Shown: positions 20,101-29,312, numbered from the stretch's first letter. The stretch is DNA of 64,000 nt from an uncultured Bacteroidota bacterium (GCA_903897855.1 CAIUDH010000076.1:97643-161642), one strand, 5' to 3'. Numbers and translations are program-made. The notes: generated from the letters alone by a model not told the origin.

Positions 20101-20923
20101 CACGCTCTTTTCCTGGGTCTTGTTTATTGATTACTTTTAACGGTCCTGAGAAATAACCTTGAAACTGTTGATAATTATATCGGTCGAACAGCATGGATGT
20201 TGAATAATCGAATAGATTAACGTAAGCTAAGGTTGGTGATTTAAAAGTTAAATTGATAGCCCCCCCTGTAAAATCGCCATATTGAGCGGGAACGCCACCG
20301 GTAATAACCGAAACTTCGTTCAGTGCGTCAGGAATGAGAGGAATAGAACCGATTACTTTGACTCCATTGATAAAATATCCCGTTTGATTGGCACGTGAGC
20401 CTAAAAATGAGGGGGTTGAGCCATTCTTTGAGATGACCCCTGCAGCAGCCGAAACTAATTTATTAATACTTGTTGCTTTCTGATTTTTAGCTTGATCACC
20501 AGAAAAACGTGTACCAATGTCGCCTTGCTTTACAGGCGGGCTCTGTATTCTGATAATCTCAATTACTTTCCCTTGCCCTTCCAAAGGTTTTGAAATTAGG
20601 GCTGGTTTCATTACCATGACTTGATCATCATTAATTTTGATGCCTTCCAACACCAATTCCATATAGCCTAGTGCCGTAAAGGTAAGGGTATAAACGCCTG
20701 CAGGCAGCGATTTGATATCATAAAAGCCCTTATCGTCGGTATACACATCACCTTTGTAGATGCCATTTAGTTTTGCCACAACGTGAGCATCTTCAATGGG
20801 AATATTTGCTTTTGAATCTCTTAAAAAACCTCTGACAGAGCCATCGGCTAAGGCATTCAAGGCGGTGAAAACAAAGGCTAAAATCAGGACAGCCTTTCTG
20901 CTTATGTGGTAAACCTTATTCAT
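17126..20923 (-). CDS. oversized TonB-dependent-receptor-like outer-membrane protein (CarboxypepD_reg + plug + large barrel)
   Basis: 1265 aa. Signal peptide, a CarboxypepD_reg-like beta-sandwich (VRGFLRDSKANIPIEDAHVV...YTDDKGFYDIKSLPAGVYTLTFTALGY), a plug-like segment (...NEVSVITGGVPAQYGDFTGGAINLTFK), then ~1000 aa of barrel-like sequence. Confidence 0.75.
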   Translation of the reverse strand: MNKVYHISRKAVLILAFVFTALNALADGSVRGFLRDSKANIPIEDAHVVAKLNGIYKGDVYTDDKGFYDIKSLPAGVYTLTFTALGYMELVLEGIKINDDQVMVMKPALISKPLEGQGKVIEIIRIQSPPVKQGDIGTRFSGDQAKNQKATSINKLVSAAAGVISKNGSTPSFLGSRANQTGYFINGVKVIGSIPLIPDALNEVSVITGGVPAQYGDFTGGAINLTFKSPTLAYVNLFDYSTSMLFDRYNYQQFQGYFSGPLKVINKQDPGKERVVLGYTVGFSAVHQRDGSPSAIPIYKLSDAKLAELEIKPNSPSPSGTGLVPSASYINQSDLERVKYRLNAASSGISYISSLTIQPSKNVNIQVGLNGGWSRGAGYSFTSSMFNYKNASESTNLTNRFSVSMTHKLKSGADKKEDKEKDKSIVTDALYTVRADYTVVSGSNYDPRHDFNTWDYGYIGKFTTYKVAGYGKVSKKADELPDEFVDQYNKSVKLRDYYKTIGFGDTAMTFQKSDLNPIAANYTQQVFDEYGRIIRNSNWVQAYGGLMNGDGPSSVYSMWANVGSYPSGYSKSRSDQFTLYAIGEASLAPVTDRSKKHDLQFGLSYEQRVQRGYSIAAAGLWGRATALANKAVEELDLAHPILAYDANGVFQDTVYYNRLFNASDESVFAKNLRQELISKGAKDVYGNPVTQNSWIDVNAMKPEDMKLAWFAPDDLYNNGNQSIDVYGYDYLGNVIKGRPSIKDWNEDPNRPIGAFAPINAAAWVQDQFSYKEIKFRLGLRAEQFDANIKVLKDPYLLFPAHTAAEWKDQSQIPSTIGSDYTVYVDAYKSSSPNLLGFRSGSTWYNKEGNVLTDPSVLSQDEGRIQPWLVNPSVDLGKYKLDANAFQDYTPTPIFMPRIWFSFPINDDAEFFANYDVLSQRPAEGFFATNDDYQYFERRALDGTLANPNLRPSKKTSYEVGYKQTLTPASAISFIASYSETRDLIQLKRFYQAFPTSYTAFGNEDFSTSKAFRLEYFLYAFRHMDIVANYSLLFADGTGSSASTSAGLIAVNKPSLKTLQPLDVDFRHTFKIGVDYRFKTDKEHPYDGPVMKLKGKDRNVFEDFGLNVQLQGFSGAPYTASANKNVSQVIGGSVSRNPIQGSLNGQRLPGQVYVDVTMDKNFVVKYKSKSENVDKDGKKSFLLNVYIACNNILNTQNVLGVYSNTGLPTDDGYLTSADGIRAAQSQINEQAFIDQYKLRLNNPGLYALPRQARIGVRMIFNSRKDL

Positions 20924-21027
20924 ATAATATCATTTAAGTGTGTTCAAGTTTGTTAAGTCGGCAATTTTATCAAATAAAAACAAGCAAAAAAAGTAAAATT
21001 TGTTGATTATTTATCGTGCAATTAACA

Positions 21028-21038
21028 TTTTTTTTTTT
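21028..21038. repeat. T11 homopolymer tract in the intergenic region upstream of the triad
   Basis: Counted directly: 11 consecutive T (A11 on the coding strand of the triad), ~105-115 nt upstream of ATG 20923. Confidence 0.9.
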
Positions 21039-21063
21039 ACATATTTCTCAATAGGTCTAAATT

Positions 21064-22029
21064 TTATTCTGAATTACTTTTGCTCTGATAAAAGTTTATA
21101 ATTTTAGCACATAAAACAGTGCTTATTCGTTCATAGCTTTGAGCACTCCAACCGGCGATATGGGGTGTAAAAATGACATTCTCCATATCGCGTAATGCGT
21201 TAAACGTGGCATCAGGCTGTCCATCCTCACTAAATGGAGGCTCTTGCTCCAAAACATCAAGCGCAGCACCCGTTAACTTTCCACCTTGCAACGCTTCCAA
21301 TAAGTCCGTTGTGTTCACAATTTTACCCCGAGAGGTGTTAATAAAAACAATCGACTTTTTAAATTTCTTGAAAAAATCTTTATTTACCCACCCTTTGGTT
21401 TCTTTCGTCAGCGGCACATGCATCGTCAGTATGTCTGCTTGCTCGTAAATCGTGTTAAGGGAACATGAGGTTGCATAGGCATCAAAATAAAAACCATCCC
21501 CACTTTTTTCTGCTGTTTTATATTTGTCATAGGCAATAACACGAGCGCCAAAACCATGTAGCTTCTTTGCAACTGCACTGCCTGTGTGACCAAACCCAAT
21601 TATTCCAACGGTGCTGTTCATAAGCTCTATACCACGGTTTGCTTCCCTGTTCCATTGAAGGTTTTTAACCTCATTATTACTTTTTATGATTTTATGTTGA
21701 AGGGCTAAGATCAGACCTATCGTATGCTCTGCCACAGCATCGCACAATCCTTCGGGAGCATTTAAAACTACAATTCCACGTTGATTCGCATAATCGAGTT
21801 CTATATTATCGGTACCACTGCCTGCACGGGCTATAAATTGAAGACGTGAGGCCTGATCGATAAAATTTTTATCAATAAAAAGTTTAGTACGAACAATCAA
21901 CCCTTCATATTGTGCAATAATATCAAGGACTTCAGGTAGCGAAATTTCAGGCTGGTAATGAAATGGTATTTGCCGCTCTTGCAAGCCCTGAATTAAGGCG
22001 GGGTGCATTTCGTCGGCGATGAGAATCAT
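21064..22029 (-). CDS. D-isomer-specific 2-hydroxyacid dehydrogenase (SerA/phosphoglycerate dehydrogenase-like)
   Basis: 321 aa. NAD-binding GxGxxG (VGIIGFGHTGSAVAKKL), a catalytic region (...FINTSRG...ALDVLEQEP...TPHIAG). Confidence 0.85.
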   Translation of the reverse strand: MILIADEMHPALIQGLQERQIPFHYQPEISLPEVLDIIAQYEGLIVRTKLFIDKNFIDQASRLQFIARAGSGTDNIELDYANQRGIVVLNAPEGLCDAVAEHTIGLILALQHKIIKSNNEVKNLQWNREANRGIELMNSTVGIIGFGHTGSAVAKKLHGFGARVIAYDKYKTAEKSGDGFYFDAYATSCSLNTIYEQADILTMHVPLTKETKGWVNKDFFKKFKKSIVFINTSRGKIVNTTDLLEALQGGKLTGAALDVLEQEPPFSEDGQPDATFNALRDMENVIFTPHIAGWSAQSYERISTVLCAKIINFYQSKSNSE

Positions 22030-22080
22030 TGAGAATTTTAATTGAAGCTGGATGATTTAGCAATCTTAAGAAGCTCCATT

Positions 22081-23022
22081 TTAGAATAAATCTTTCTTTC
22101 TAAAATAGAGGTATCCTATGGTTGAGAGCATAATGGAGCAAAATAAAATAATAGTGAACCCATGCGGGTTAAGTGAAAAAGGGATACTATCGGGGTTTAC
22201 ATTCATTCCGAAAAAACTCGAAATTAATGTTGGTATCATTAACACGATGGTGATGGTGGTCAAAGTTTTAATAACTACATTTTGGTTATTACTGATGATA
22301 CTGGCAAAGGTATCCATGGTTCCACTCATAATATTGGTATGAATGCTGGTTTGTTCGATCGCCTGACGGTTCTCGATAATCACATCGTCAATGAGATCTT
22401 CGTCCTCTTCATTCATTTTACTGAATTTGCTTCTTTTAAGCTTTTCAATCATCAGCTCATTACTTTTGAGTGAGGTGCTAAAATAAACAAGCGACTTCTC
22501 CATATCGAGCAACTTTAAAAGTTCCTCATTCTTCACAGAGATATTAATTTTCTTTTCTATTTCTCGTTGTGTTCTACTAATGTCCTTTAAGTTTCTAAGA
22601 TACTGGGTACTTATGCGGAGAAACATTTGCAAAACGAACCGACGATGATTACCCATGTCGAAGTTTTTAATGCGATTGTTTTTTACATCGTTGGTGATAT
22701 CATTTTCGATATTACTCACCGATATAAAATAGTCATTAGAGATTAAAATGCCCAGAGGGACCGTCACATATGGAATATCCGAATCGTCGCTATTGAGTAC
22801 CGGGATTTTAACAATGATAATAAGATAACGTCCCTCCACTTCAATCCGTGCCGATTCGTCACTATCTAAAATGTCGGTAAGAATTTCAATGGGGATTTTG
22901 AATTGGGTTGTTAAGAGTTCGATTTCTTGAGTAGACGGGGCAGTAACATTTATCCAACACTTTTTATCAAGTGCTGGCAATTTCGTTACCACGTTGTTTA
23001 CTGAGCCAAAGTATTCGATCAT
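22081..23022 (-). CDS. corA: CorA-family magnesium/cobalt transporter
   Basis: 313 aa with two C-terminal TM helices bracketing the signature FFGMNV. Confidence 0.85.
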   Translation of the reverse strand: MIEYFGSVNNVVTKLPALDKKCWINVTAPSTQEIELLTTQFKIPIEILTDILDSDESARIEVEGRYLIIIVKIPVLNSDDSDIPYVTVPLGILISNDYFISVSNIENDITNDVKNNRIKNFDMGNHRRFVLQMFLRISTQYLRNLKDISRTQREIEKKINISVKNEELLKLLDMEKSLVYFSTSLKSNELMIEKLKRSKFSKMNEEDEDLIDDVIIENRQAIEQTSIHTNIMSGTMDTFASIISNNQNVVIKTLTTITIVLMIPTLISSFFGMNVNPDSIPFSLNPHGFTIILFCSIMLSTIGYLYFRKKDLF

Positions 23023-23337
23023 AACTATACATAGATGCCTTTTACGAAAGGCAGCGCGAAGGTAAGTTTTTAAAATTCATTTAAACAAGTCAAATAAAAT
23101 AAAAATGTTGACTCGGCTTGGCTAAATTTTTTCTTAGGAGATAAACCTCGTATCCGCTTCATTGAAAAAATAATTACTTTAGGGTACAGCCGCAATATGA
23201 ATATGCTAAATGACAAGGGTGCTTTCCGCCTCTGCAAAATAAAAAAACACGAGAATAAATTGGGCGGCTTTTTACGATACTTATTAAAGGATATAAAACA
23301 ATAGAGTTGCACTGTGACAAGCGCAAACACCATAACA

Positions 23338-23874
23338 TTAGCTTACGAGTTCCATCACTTTCTCTAAAGTATTTGCATTTTTAATGAAGGTCGAAAAATT
23401 TGAGGGTATAAATTTTTGAGTATGCATTTTGTGAATCATCTCTAACAGTGGATCAAAGTAGCCTTCTACATTATAAATAGCAACAGGCTTTTCGTGCAGC
23501 AATAACTGGTGCCAAGTAATGATCTCAAACAATTCATCGAGGGTTCCAAAACCACCTGGCATCGCTACAAAAGCATCGCTGAGTTGGTACATCATCTGCT
23601 TGCGCGTGTGCATATCGTCCACCTCATAACATTGGGTTAATCCATCGTGTTTTATTTCCGAAGTGGATAAAAATTTGGGGATCACACCCACTACGCTGCC
23701 CCCGTTTTTCAAGGCTGCCTCGGCCATCAGGCCCATCAAACCAATACGGCCACCGCCATAGACCAGGGTAATCTTGTTTTTAGCAAGGTATTCTCCCATG
23801 GCTATTGCAGCCTCTTTAAAACGATGGTCGACACCAACACTGGAGCCACAAAAAACACAAAGTGATTTAATCAT
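23338..23874 (-). CDS. LOG-family (TIGR00730-type) nucleotide phosphoribohydrolase
   Basis: 178 aa with the motifs VYGGGRIGLMG and PGGFGTLDELFE. Confidence 0.85.
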   Translation of the reverse strand: MIKSLCVFCGSSVGVDHRFKEAAIAMGEYLAKNKITLVYGGGRIGLMGLMAEAALKNGGSVVGVIPKFLSTSEIKHDGLTQCYEVDDMHTRKQMMYQLSDAFVAMPGGFGTLDELFEIITWHQLLLHEKPVAIYNVEGYFDPLLEMIHKMHTQKFIPSNFSTFIKNANTLEKVMELVS

Positions 23875-23877
23875 AAT

Positions 23878-25626
23878 TTATTTCAAACCTAATTCTTTCA
23901 TTTGTTTACTTTCGATGACACTAGGTGCATCAATCATCACATCGCGCCCTGAATTATTTTTGGGAAATGCAATATAATCGCGAATACTTTCGCTACCCCC
24001 AAACAAACTGCATAATCTATCGAAGCCGAAGGCCAATCCTCCATGAGGAGGTGCACCATATTCAAAGGCATTCATTAAAAAGCCAAATTGATTCTGTGCC
24101 TCTTCTTTTGTGAAGCCCAGCAAATCGAACATGCGCGATTGCAATTCTTTATTGAAGATGCGAATGCTTCCACCTCCTACTTCAACTCCGTTAATAACCA
24201 TGTCGTAGGCATTGGCTCTAACGGCTCCAGGATCAGATTCAAGGAGGACAATATCTTCGGGTTTGGGCGATGTGAAAGGATGATGCATGGCATAATACCT
24301 CCCATCCTCCTCATTAAATTCTAATAGTGGGAAATCGACAACCCATAAAGGTGAAAATTTATTTTTATCACGCAAGCCCATTCTCTCCCCCATAAGCAAA
24401 CGCAGATCGCCCATCGCTTTCTGTGCTTTTTCCTTTACACCACTGAGCACCAAAACTAAGTCGCCTTCAGTGGCATCGCAGGCTAAAGCCCATTTCTGTA
24501 AATCTTCAGTACTATAAAATTTATCCGCCGACGACTTAAATGATCCATTCTCACATCGAAAATATATCAATCCACCCATCCCACGTTTAGGATCCTTTAC
24601 CCATTCGGTAAGCTCATCTAATTGTTTACGTGTATAGTTAAAGCAACCTTTCGCGTTGATGGCGATAACAGCCTCGGCCGCATCGAAAACACCAAAGTTT
24701 TTTCCTCCCACCAAATCCACACCGTTTCCTTTTAGATAATTAAACTTCATCCCGAAACGAGTATCTGGCTTATCGCAACCATAACTTTCCATCGCTTCAT
24801 GGTATGTCATACGGGGCAACTTATCTATTTTAATCCCTTTCACCTTTTCAAACAAATGCTTTACTAAACCTTCAAACATATTCAGAATATCTTCTTGTTC
24901 AATGAAGCTCATCTCGCAATCAATTTGAGTGAATTCAGGTTGTCGGTCGGCGCGCAGATCCTCGTCGCGAAAACACTTCACAATTTGATAGTACCTGTCG
25001 AACCCCGCCACCATAAGCAATTGCTTAAATGTTTGAGGCGACTGAGGTAATGCATAAAACTGTCCTTCATTCATGCGTGAGGGTACTACAAAATCGCGTG
25101 CCCCTTCGGGTGTTGATTTAATTAAGACGGGAGTCTCAACTTCTATAAAATCCTGCGCATCAAGAAAATTACGTGTTGCTTTAGCCACCTGATGGCGCAA
25201 TTGTAGTTTGTTGCGAACTTCTGTTCTTCGTAAATCGAGATAACGGTACTTCATTCGTAATTCGTCGCCACCGTCCGTTTCATCTTCAATAGTGAACGGT
25301 GGGGTTAGCGAACGATTTAATATCTCGATGGACTGTGGGATGATTTCGACATCACCCGTGGCTATTTTATCTGTTTTTGAATACCGCTCAGAAACGATCC
25401 CGGTCACTTTTACAACGTACTCTCTTCCGAGACTACGAGCCAGATCAATAATTTCACCGGAAGTTTTATCGGTTTCCACCGTGATTTGAGTGATGCCGTA
25501 GCGGTCGCGCAAATCAATCCATAGCAGCGCCCCTTTATCTCTAACCCCTTGAACCCATCCGCAGAGGGTAATGGTTTCATTGATGTTTTGTATCCGTAAT
25601 TCGCCGCAGGTGTGTGTTCTAAGCAT
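23878..25626 (-). CDS. aspS: aspartate--tRNA ligase
   Basis: 582 aa. OB-fold N-terminus ([11 protein letters not shown]...), class II motifs ([33 protein letters not shown]). Confidence 0.95.
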   Translation of the reverse strand: MLRTHTCGELRIQNINETITLCGWVQGVRDKGALLWIDLRDRYGITQITVETDKTSGEIIDLARSLGREYVVKVTGIVSERYSKTDKIATGDVEIIPQSIEILNRSLTPPFTIEDETDGGDELRMKYRYLDLRRTEVRNKLQLRHQVAKATRNFLDAQDFIEVETPVLIKSTPEGARDFVVPSRMNEGQFYALPQSPQTFKQLLMVAGFDRYYQIVKCFRDEDLRADRQPEFTQIDCEMSFIEQEDILNMFEGLVKHLFEKVKGIKIDKLPRMTYHEAMESYGCDKPDTRFGMKFNYLKGNGVDLVGGKNFGVFDAAEAVIAINAKGCFNYTRKQLDELTEWVKDPKRGMGGLIYFRCENGSFKSSADKFYSTEDLQKWALACDATEGDLVLVLSGVKEKAQKAMGDLRLLMGERMGLRDKNKFSPLWVVDFPLLEFNEEDGRYYAMHHPFTSPKPEDIVLLESDPGAVRANAYDMVINGVEVGGGSIRIFNKELQSRMFDLLGFTKEEAQNQFGFLMNAFEYGAPPHGGLAFGFDRLCSLFGGSESIRDYIAFPKNNSGRDVMIDAPSVIESKQMKELGLK

Positions 25627-25876
25627 TTTGACTTTTAAATAAGAACTGCGAAATTAGGAAATTAATTTTTGTAAGACTAAGTATTGCTTGAAGTAGTCGG
25701 AAATAGTGAATTCAATGATTAAAATTAGGCTCTCAAAATGCTCTTGCATGGCATCAATTTATTCATGCTACCCCTTCTCGGGCCAATGAATACCCTTGTA
25801 AAATTTAATTCTAATCTTAAGTGGATTTAGTCTATACAATAGAATTCTTTATCAACTCATACCTAAATTAAGTAGA

Positions 25877-25884
25877 TAATTTTG
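25877..25884 (+). promoter_or_regulatory. candidate -7 box TAATTTTG upstream of the fumarase gene
   Basis: It matches TAnnTTTG and lies 12 nt before ATG 25897. Confidence 0.35.
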
Positions 25885-25896
25885 TTGATTTGCAGT

Positions 25897-27420
25897 ATGA
25901 ATCCATCAAACCTCAAGAGTAGCATATATCAACTTATTGTTGAAACCAGCACGAACCTCCCCAGTGATGTACGACGCACCATATTAGCGGCGAATTCCCG
26001 TGAAGATAAAGCGGGGAAAAGTGGTATTGCGATGAACACCATCACAAAAAATATTGATATGGCGTGTGAGAATATTGGTCCTATTTGCCAGGATACGGGG
26101 ATGCCTACCTTTGAAATTCATACCCCTGTTGGTACTGACCAACTTGAGATTGAGGAGATTATTTTCGAGCAGATAGCATTGGCAACGAAAAACGGGAAAC
26201 TGCGAACCAATAGTGTTGACAGTATTGATGGTTCCAATACAGGAACCAATTTAGGCCCTGGCACTCCTGTAATACACTTTAAGCAATGGCGTAAAAATTA
26301 TATCGAAATAAAATTAATTTTAAAAGGCGGAGGCTGCGAGAATAAAAATATTCAATATTCACTGCCCTGCGAATTAGAACATTTGGGAAAGGCCGGAAGA
26401 GATATCGACGGGGTGCGCAAATGTATCATGCATGCGGTATGGCAGGCGCAAGGGCAAGGCTGTAGTGCCGGTTTTATTGGCGTTGGCATCGGAGGCGACC
26501 GCACCAGTGGTTATGCTTTAGCAAAAGAACAACTCTTCAGAGCAACGGATGATGTGAATGAGGATGCGAAACTGGGGGAGCTTGAAAACTATGTGATGGC
26601 CAATGCAGATAAATTAAAAATTGGTACCATGGGATTTGGTGGTAATGTAACCTTATTAGGTTGTAAGATTGGTAAAAACAATCGTTTGCCGGCCTCGTAT
26701 TTTGTAAGTGTTGCCTATAACTGTTGGGCTTACCGAAGACTCGGAATAGAGTTAGACGCTAGCAGTGGAGAAATTTTAAAGTGGCAGTTCAGAGATGCAG
26801 AAGAACCTAAAAAAATGCATATGGCAGAAGAGACGCCAGCGGGGAATACAATCCAGATTGTTTTAGGGGAGCATGGAATTAGTGAGGCTGAGGTGCGTAA
26901 AATAAAGGCAGGAGATATCCTTGAAATCACCGGCCTCATGTTTACAGGCAGGGATGCCATGCATCATTATATGATGGAGCATGATGCCCCTTTTAATTTG
27001 AGTGGAGGCGCAATCTATCATTGCGGACCTGTAATCAATAAAAACGAAGAAGGGAAATGGAAAATTAATGCAGCAGGACCAACTACCAGTAGCCGTGAGG
27101 AACCCTATCAGGCCGACGTGTTAAAGAAAACAGGAGCACGCATCGTGATCGGGAAAGGTGGCATGGGACCCAAAACACTTAAAGGACTTCAAGATCACGG
27201 AGGTATTTATCTGAATGCCATTGGCGGCGCGGCACAATACTACGCCGAATGCATTAAAGAGGTGTTGGATGTAGGATGTCTTGAGTTTGGCACACCCGAA
27301 GCGATGTGGAAATTACGTGTAGAGAAGTTTCAAGCTATTTGCACCATGGATAGTCATGGCAACTCATTGCACAAAGAAGTGTTGGACAGCAGTGGAAAAT
27401 TATTGGAGCAATTTCAATAA
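25897..27420 (+). CDS. class I (Fe-S) fumarate hydratase, fused alpha+beta
   Basis: The alpha region has GPICQDTGMPTF and GGGCENK. The beta region has GLMFTGRDAMHHYM...GKGGMG. I start it at the ATG (MNPSNLK) rather than the TTG at 25882. Confidence 0.9.
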   Translation: MNPSNLKSSIYQLIVETSTNLPSDVRRTILAANSREDKAGKSGIAMNTITKNIDMACENIGPICQDTGMPTFEIHTPVGTDQLEIEEIIFEQIALATKNGKLRTNSVDSIDGSNTGTNLGPGTPVIHFKQWRKNYIEIKLILKGGGCENKNIQYSLPCELEHLGKAGRDIDGVRKCIMHAVWQAQGQGCSAGFIGVGIGGDRTSGYALAKEQLFRATDDVNEDAKLGELENYVMANADKLKIGTMGFGGNVTLLGCKIGKNNRLPASYFVSVAYNCWAYRRLGIELDASSGEILKWQFRDAEEPKKMHMAEETPAGNTIQIVLGEHGISEAEVRKIKAGDILEITGLMFTGRDAMHHYMMEHDAPFNLSGGAIYHCGPVINKNEEGKWKINAAGPTTSSREEPYQADVLKKTGARIVIGKGGMGPKTLKGLQDHGGIYLNAIGGAAQYYAECIKEVLDVGCLEFGTPEAMWKLRVEKFQAICTMDSHGNSLHKEVLDSSGKLLEQFQ

Positions 27421-27437
27421 GGCGAGCCGTATCCCAT

Positions 27438-28007
27438 TTATTCTTCCGAATACCACTTCATTATTTCGCCCTCAACCTGAGGGGGAACCAAGTAACGAAT
27501 ACTCTTTTTTTCTTTGACTAAATGACGAATATACGTTGCGGAAATATGAATATAGGGCACATCATACAAAATTATATTTCTATACTGTTCCCATTTTTCA
27601 TCGATGATGCCGCGGGTATAAACTAACAGTTTAAAGCCATTCAATATTTTTTCATAGTTTTTCCAGAGCACGAATTTCTCCAAGTTGTCACTCCCTAACA
27701 GCATAGAAAAAGTATGTTCTGGGAACTCCTGTACCAATTTATCCAAGGTGTCAATCGTAAAAGAAGGTTTGGGCATGTTTAACTCCACCTCGCTAACCTC
27801 GAAGCGGTCGTTTCCTTTAATTGCACTCCTTAAAAGTATTAATCTTTTTTCCTCTGCCAATAAATTCTGACTTAATTTTAGTGGATTTTGTGGACTTAAT
27901 ACAAACCATACCTTATCCAAACCGGCCTGTACTAATAGTTGTTGTGCCACTATGAGATGCCCAGCATGAATCGGGTTAAAGGAGCCGAAGTATAATCCTA
28001 TTTTCAT
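27438..28007 (-). CDS. nadD: nicotinate-nucleotide adenylyltransferase
   Basis: MKIGLYFGSFNPIHAGHL... (HxGH motif) and ISATYIR near the C-terminus. Confidence 0.9.
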   Translation of the reverse strand: MKIGLYFGSFNPIHAGHLIVAQQLLVQAGLDKVWFVLSPQNPLKLSQNLLAEEKRLILLRSAIKGNDRFEVSEVELNMPKPSFTIDTLDKLVQEFPEHTFSMLLGSDNLEKFVLWKNYEKILNGFKLLVYTRGIIDEKWEQYRNIILYDVPYIHISATYIRHLVKEKKSIRYLVPPQVEGEIMKWYSEE

Positions 28008-28567
28008 AGCCCTAAGAATTGCGATACCATTTTTTCTGCCTCTTCAAGGGCATGATCAAGATTATCGTTCACCAGAACTTTATCGAAAAAAGGCTCGTAT
28101 TTCATTTCATAGACGGCTTTGCCCAAGCGCATTTTCAATTTCTCCTCACTCTCTGTGCTTCGTTGCAAAAGCCTCTTCTGTAGTACTTCAAGCGATGGGG
28201 GCTTTACAAAGATTGCTAAGGCATTTTCGCCAAAATATTTTTTAATATTGAGCCCTCCTTTGACGTCAACATCGAAAATCACAAATTTATTATCATCGTG
28301 AATTCTCTGCACCTCGCTTTTTAAAGTGCCATAAAAAATGTCTTTATACACTTCTTCATACTCTAGAAAGTCTTTGTCATGCAGATGCTTCTTAAACTTT
28401 TCAAGCGTCATAAAATAATAGTCTTTCCCGTCCACCTCATGCGGGCGTGGCTCTCTGGTGCAAGCGCTCACACTAAACTCAAGGGCTAGTTTTGGATTCG
28501 AGAGCAAATGCCTAACGATGGTGGTTTTGCCTGCTCCACTTGGAGCTGAGAATATTATTACTTTCAT
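28004..28567 (-). CDS. gmk: guanylate kinase
   Basis: P-loop SAPSGAGKTT, then TREPRPHEVDGKDYYF. The 4-nt overlap with nadD suggests an operon. Confidence 0.9.
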   Translation of the reverse strand: MKVIIFSAPSGAGKTTIVRHLLSNPKLALEFSVSACTREPRPHEVDGKDYYFMTLEKFKKHLHDKDFLEYEEVYKDIFYGTLKSEVQRIHDDNKFVIFDVDVKGGLNIKKYFGENALAIFVKPPSLEVLQKRLLQRSTESEEKLKMRLGKAVYEMKYEPFFDKVLVNDNLDHALEEAEKMVSQFLGL

Positions 28568-28607
28568 TTACGAGACAATTATCAGCTACAAAGAAACTAT
28601 AAAAAAA

Positions 28608-29312
28608 CTACTTCGAAGAAGCCACCCTTTCCTTTCGAAATTCTAAGTATTTATAGATGGCCGTATTGAGGAGTATCAGAAGCATCCCATAAATGAAATC
28701 TTCGATTGGAATCGTAAGGATTCTAAGTCCCATGTTTTCATTATTATTATACCAAACTACCGCCTCGTCGAGACCTGTGCCTGTTAATATTCCATTCACG
28801 ATAAAAAATGGGATAAGTAGAATTAGATAATAGATATAAAAACGACCCAGCCAGTTCACCTGGAGCCCAAATTTGAGCAAGAGTATCAAGGCCAATAACC
28901 CAGAAATGGAAGCCATTGTGTACAAGCAACCTATATAAAAAAGCCCTATACCAAAGAGCCCCGTCAATAATATTAAAGTTGCCGTTTTTTCGTCAAATAC
29001 CAATGACTCCTTCCTGAACAATAAATCCAAACAATGGATTGTAAAAAGGCATGAATAAGGGATACAGAAAAAGAACAACACCTCTTCTATAGGAAGATTA
29101 AAAAAATAGATTCCCAAAAGATATTTCGGATTGAATCCCCACACACCCCAATCGGTATACAACACATCCCAAAGTACAAAAACAAGGGCCGATATGAGGA
29201 TGGCTCTCCAGGCCGACTTCCAGTGTTTGTAGAATGCCAGCTTAGGATGAAAAGAGAAAATTAATGGCACCATCACGGAGGCCACATTTATGATTAAATA
29301 TAATGATTTCAT
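28608..29312 (-). CDS. lycopene cyclase domain protein (fused CrtYc/CrtYd-type)
   Basis: 234 aa and polytopic (~7 TM). Two halves each carry a PxEE(V/D)-like segment (NLPIEEVLFF, TIPIEDFIYG). The gene is embedded in the crt operon with an ATGA overlap with crtZ. Confidence 0.65.
   Translation of the reverse strand: MKSLYLIINVASVMVPLIFSFHPKLAFYKHWKSAWRAILISALVFVLWDVLYTDWGVWGFNPKYLLGIYFFNLPIEEVLFFFCIPYSCLFTIHCLDLLFRKESLVFDEKTATLILLTGLFGIGLFYIGCLYTMASISGLLALILLLKFGLQVNWLGRFYIYYLILLIPFFIVNGILTGTGLDEAVVWYNNNENMGLRILTIPIEDFIYGMLLILLNTAIYKYLEFRKERVASSK

Noticed and set aside
23070-23333. 87-aa minus-strand ORF in the LOG/corA spacer.
   Set aside because: Its composition is low-complexity and rich in F/K/L/S, it has no recognisable motif or signal for translation, and it sits in AT-rich intergenic DNA. 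It is probably a chance ORF.
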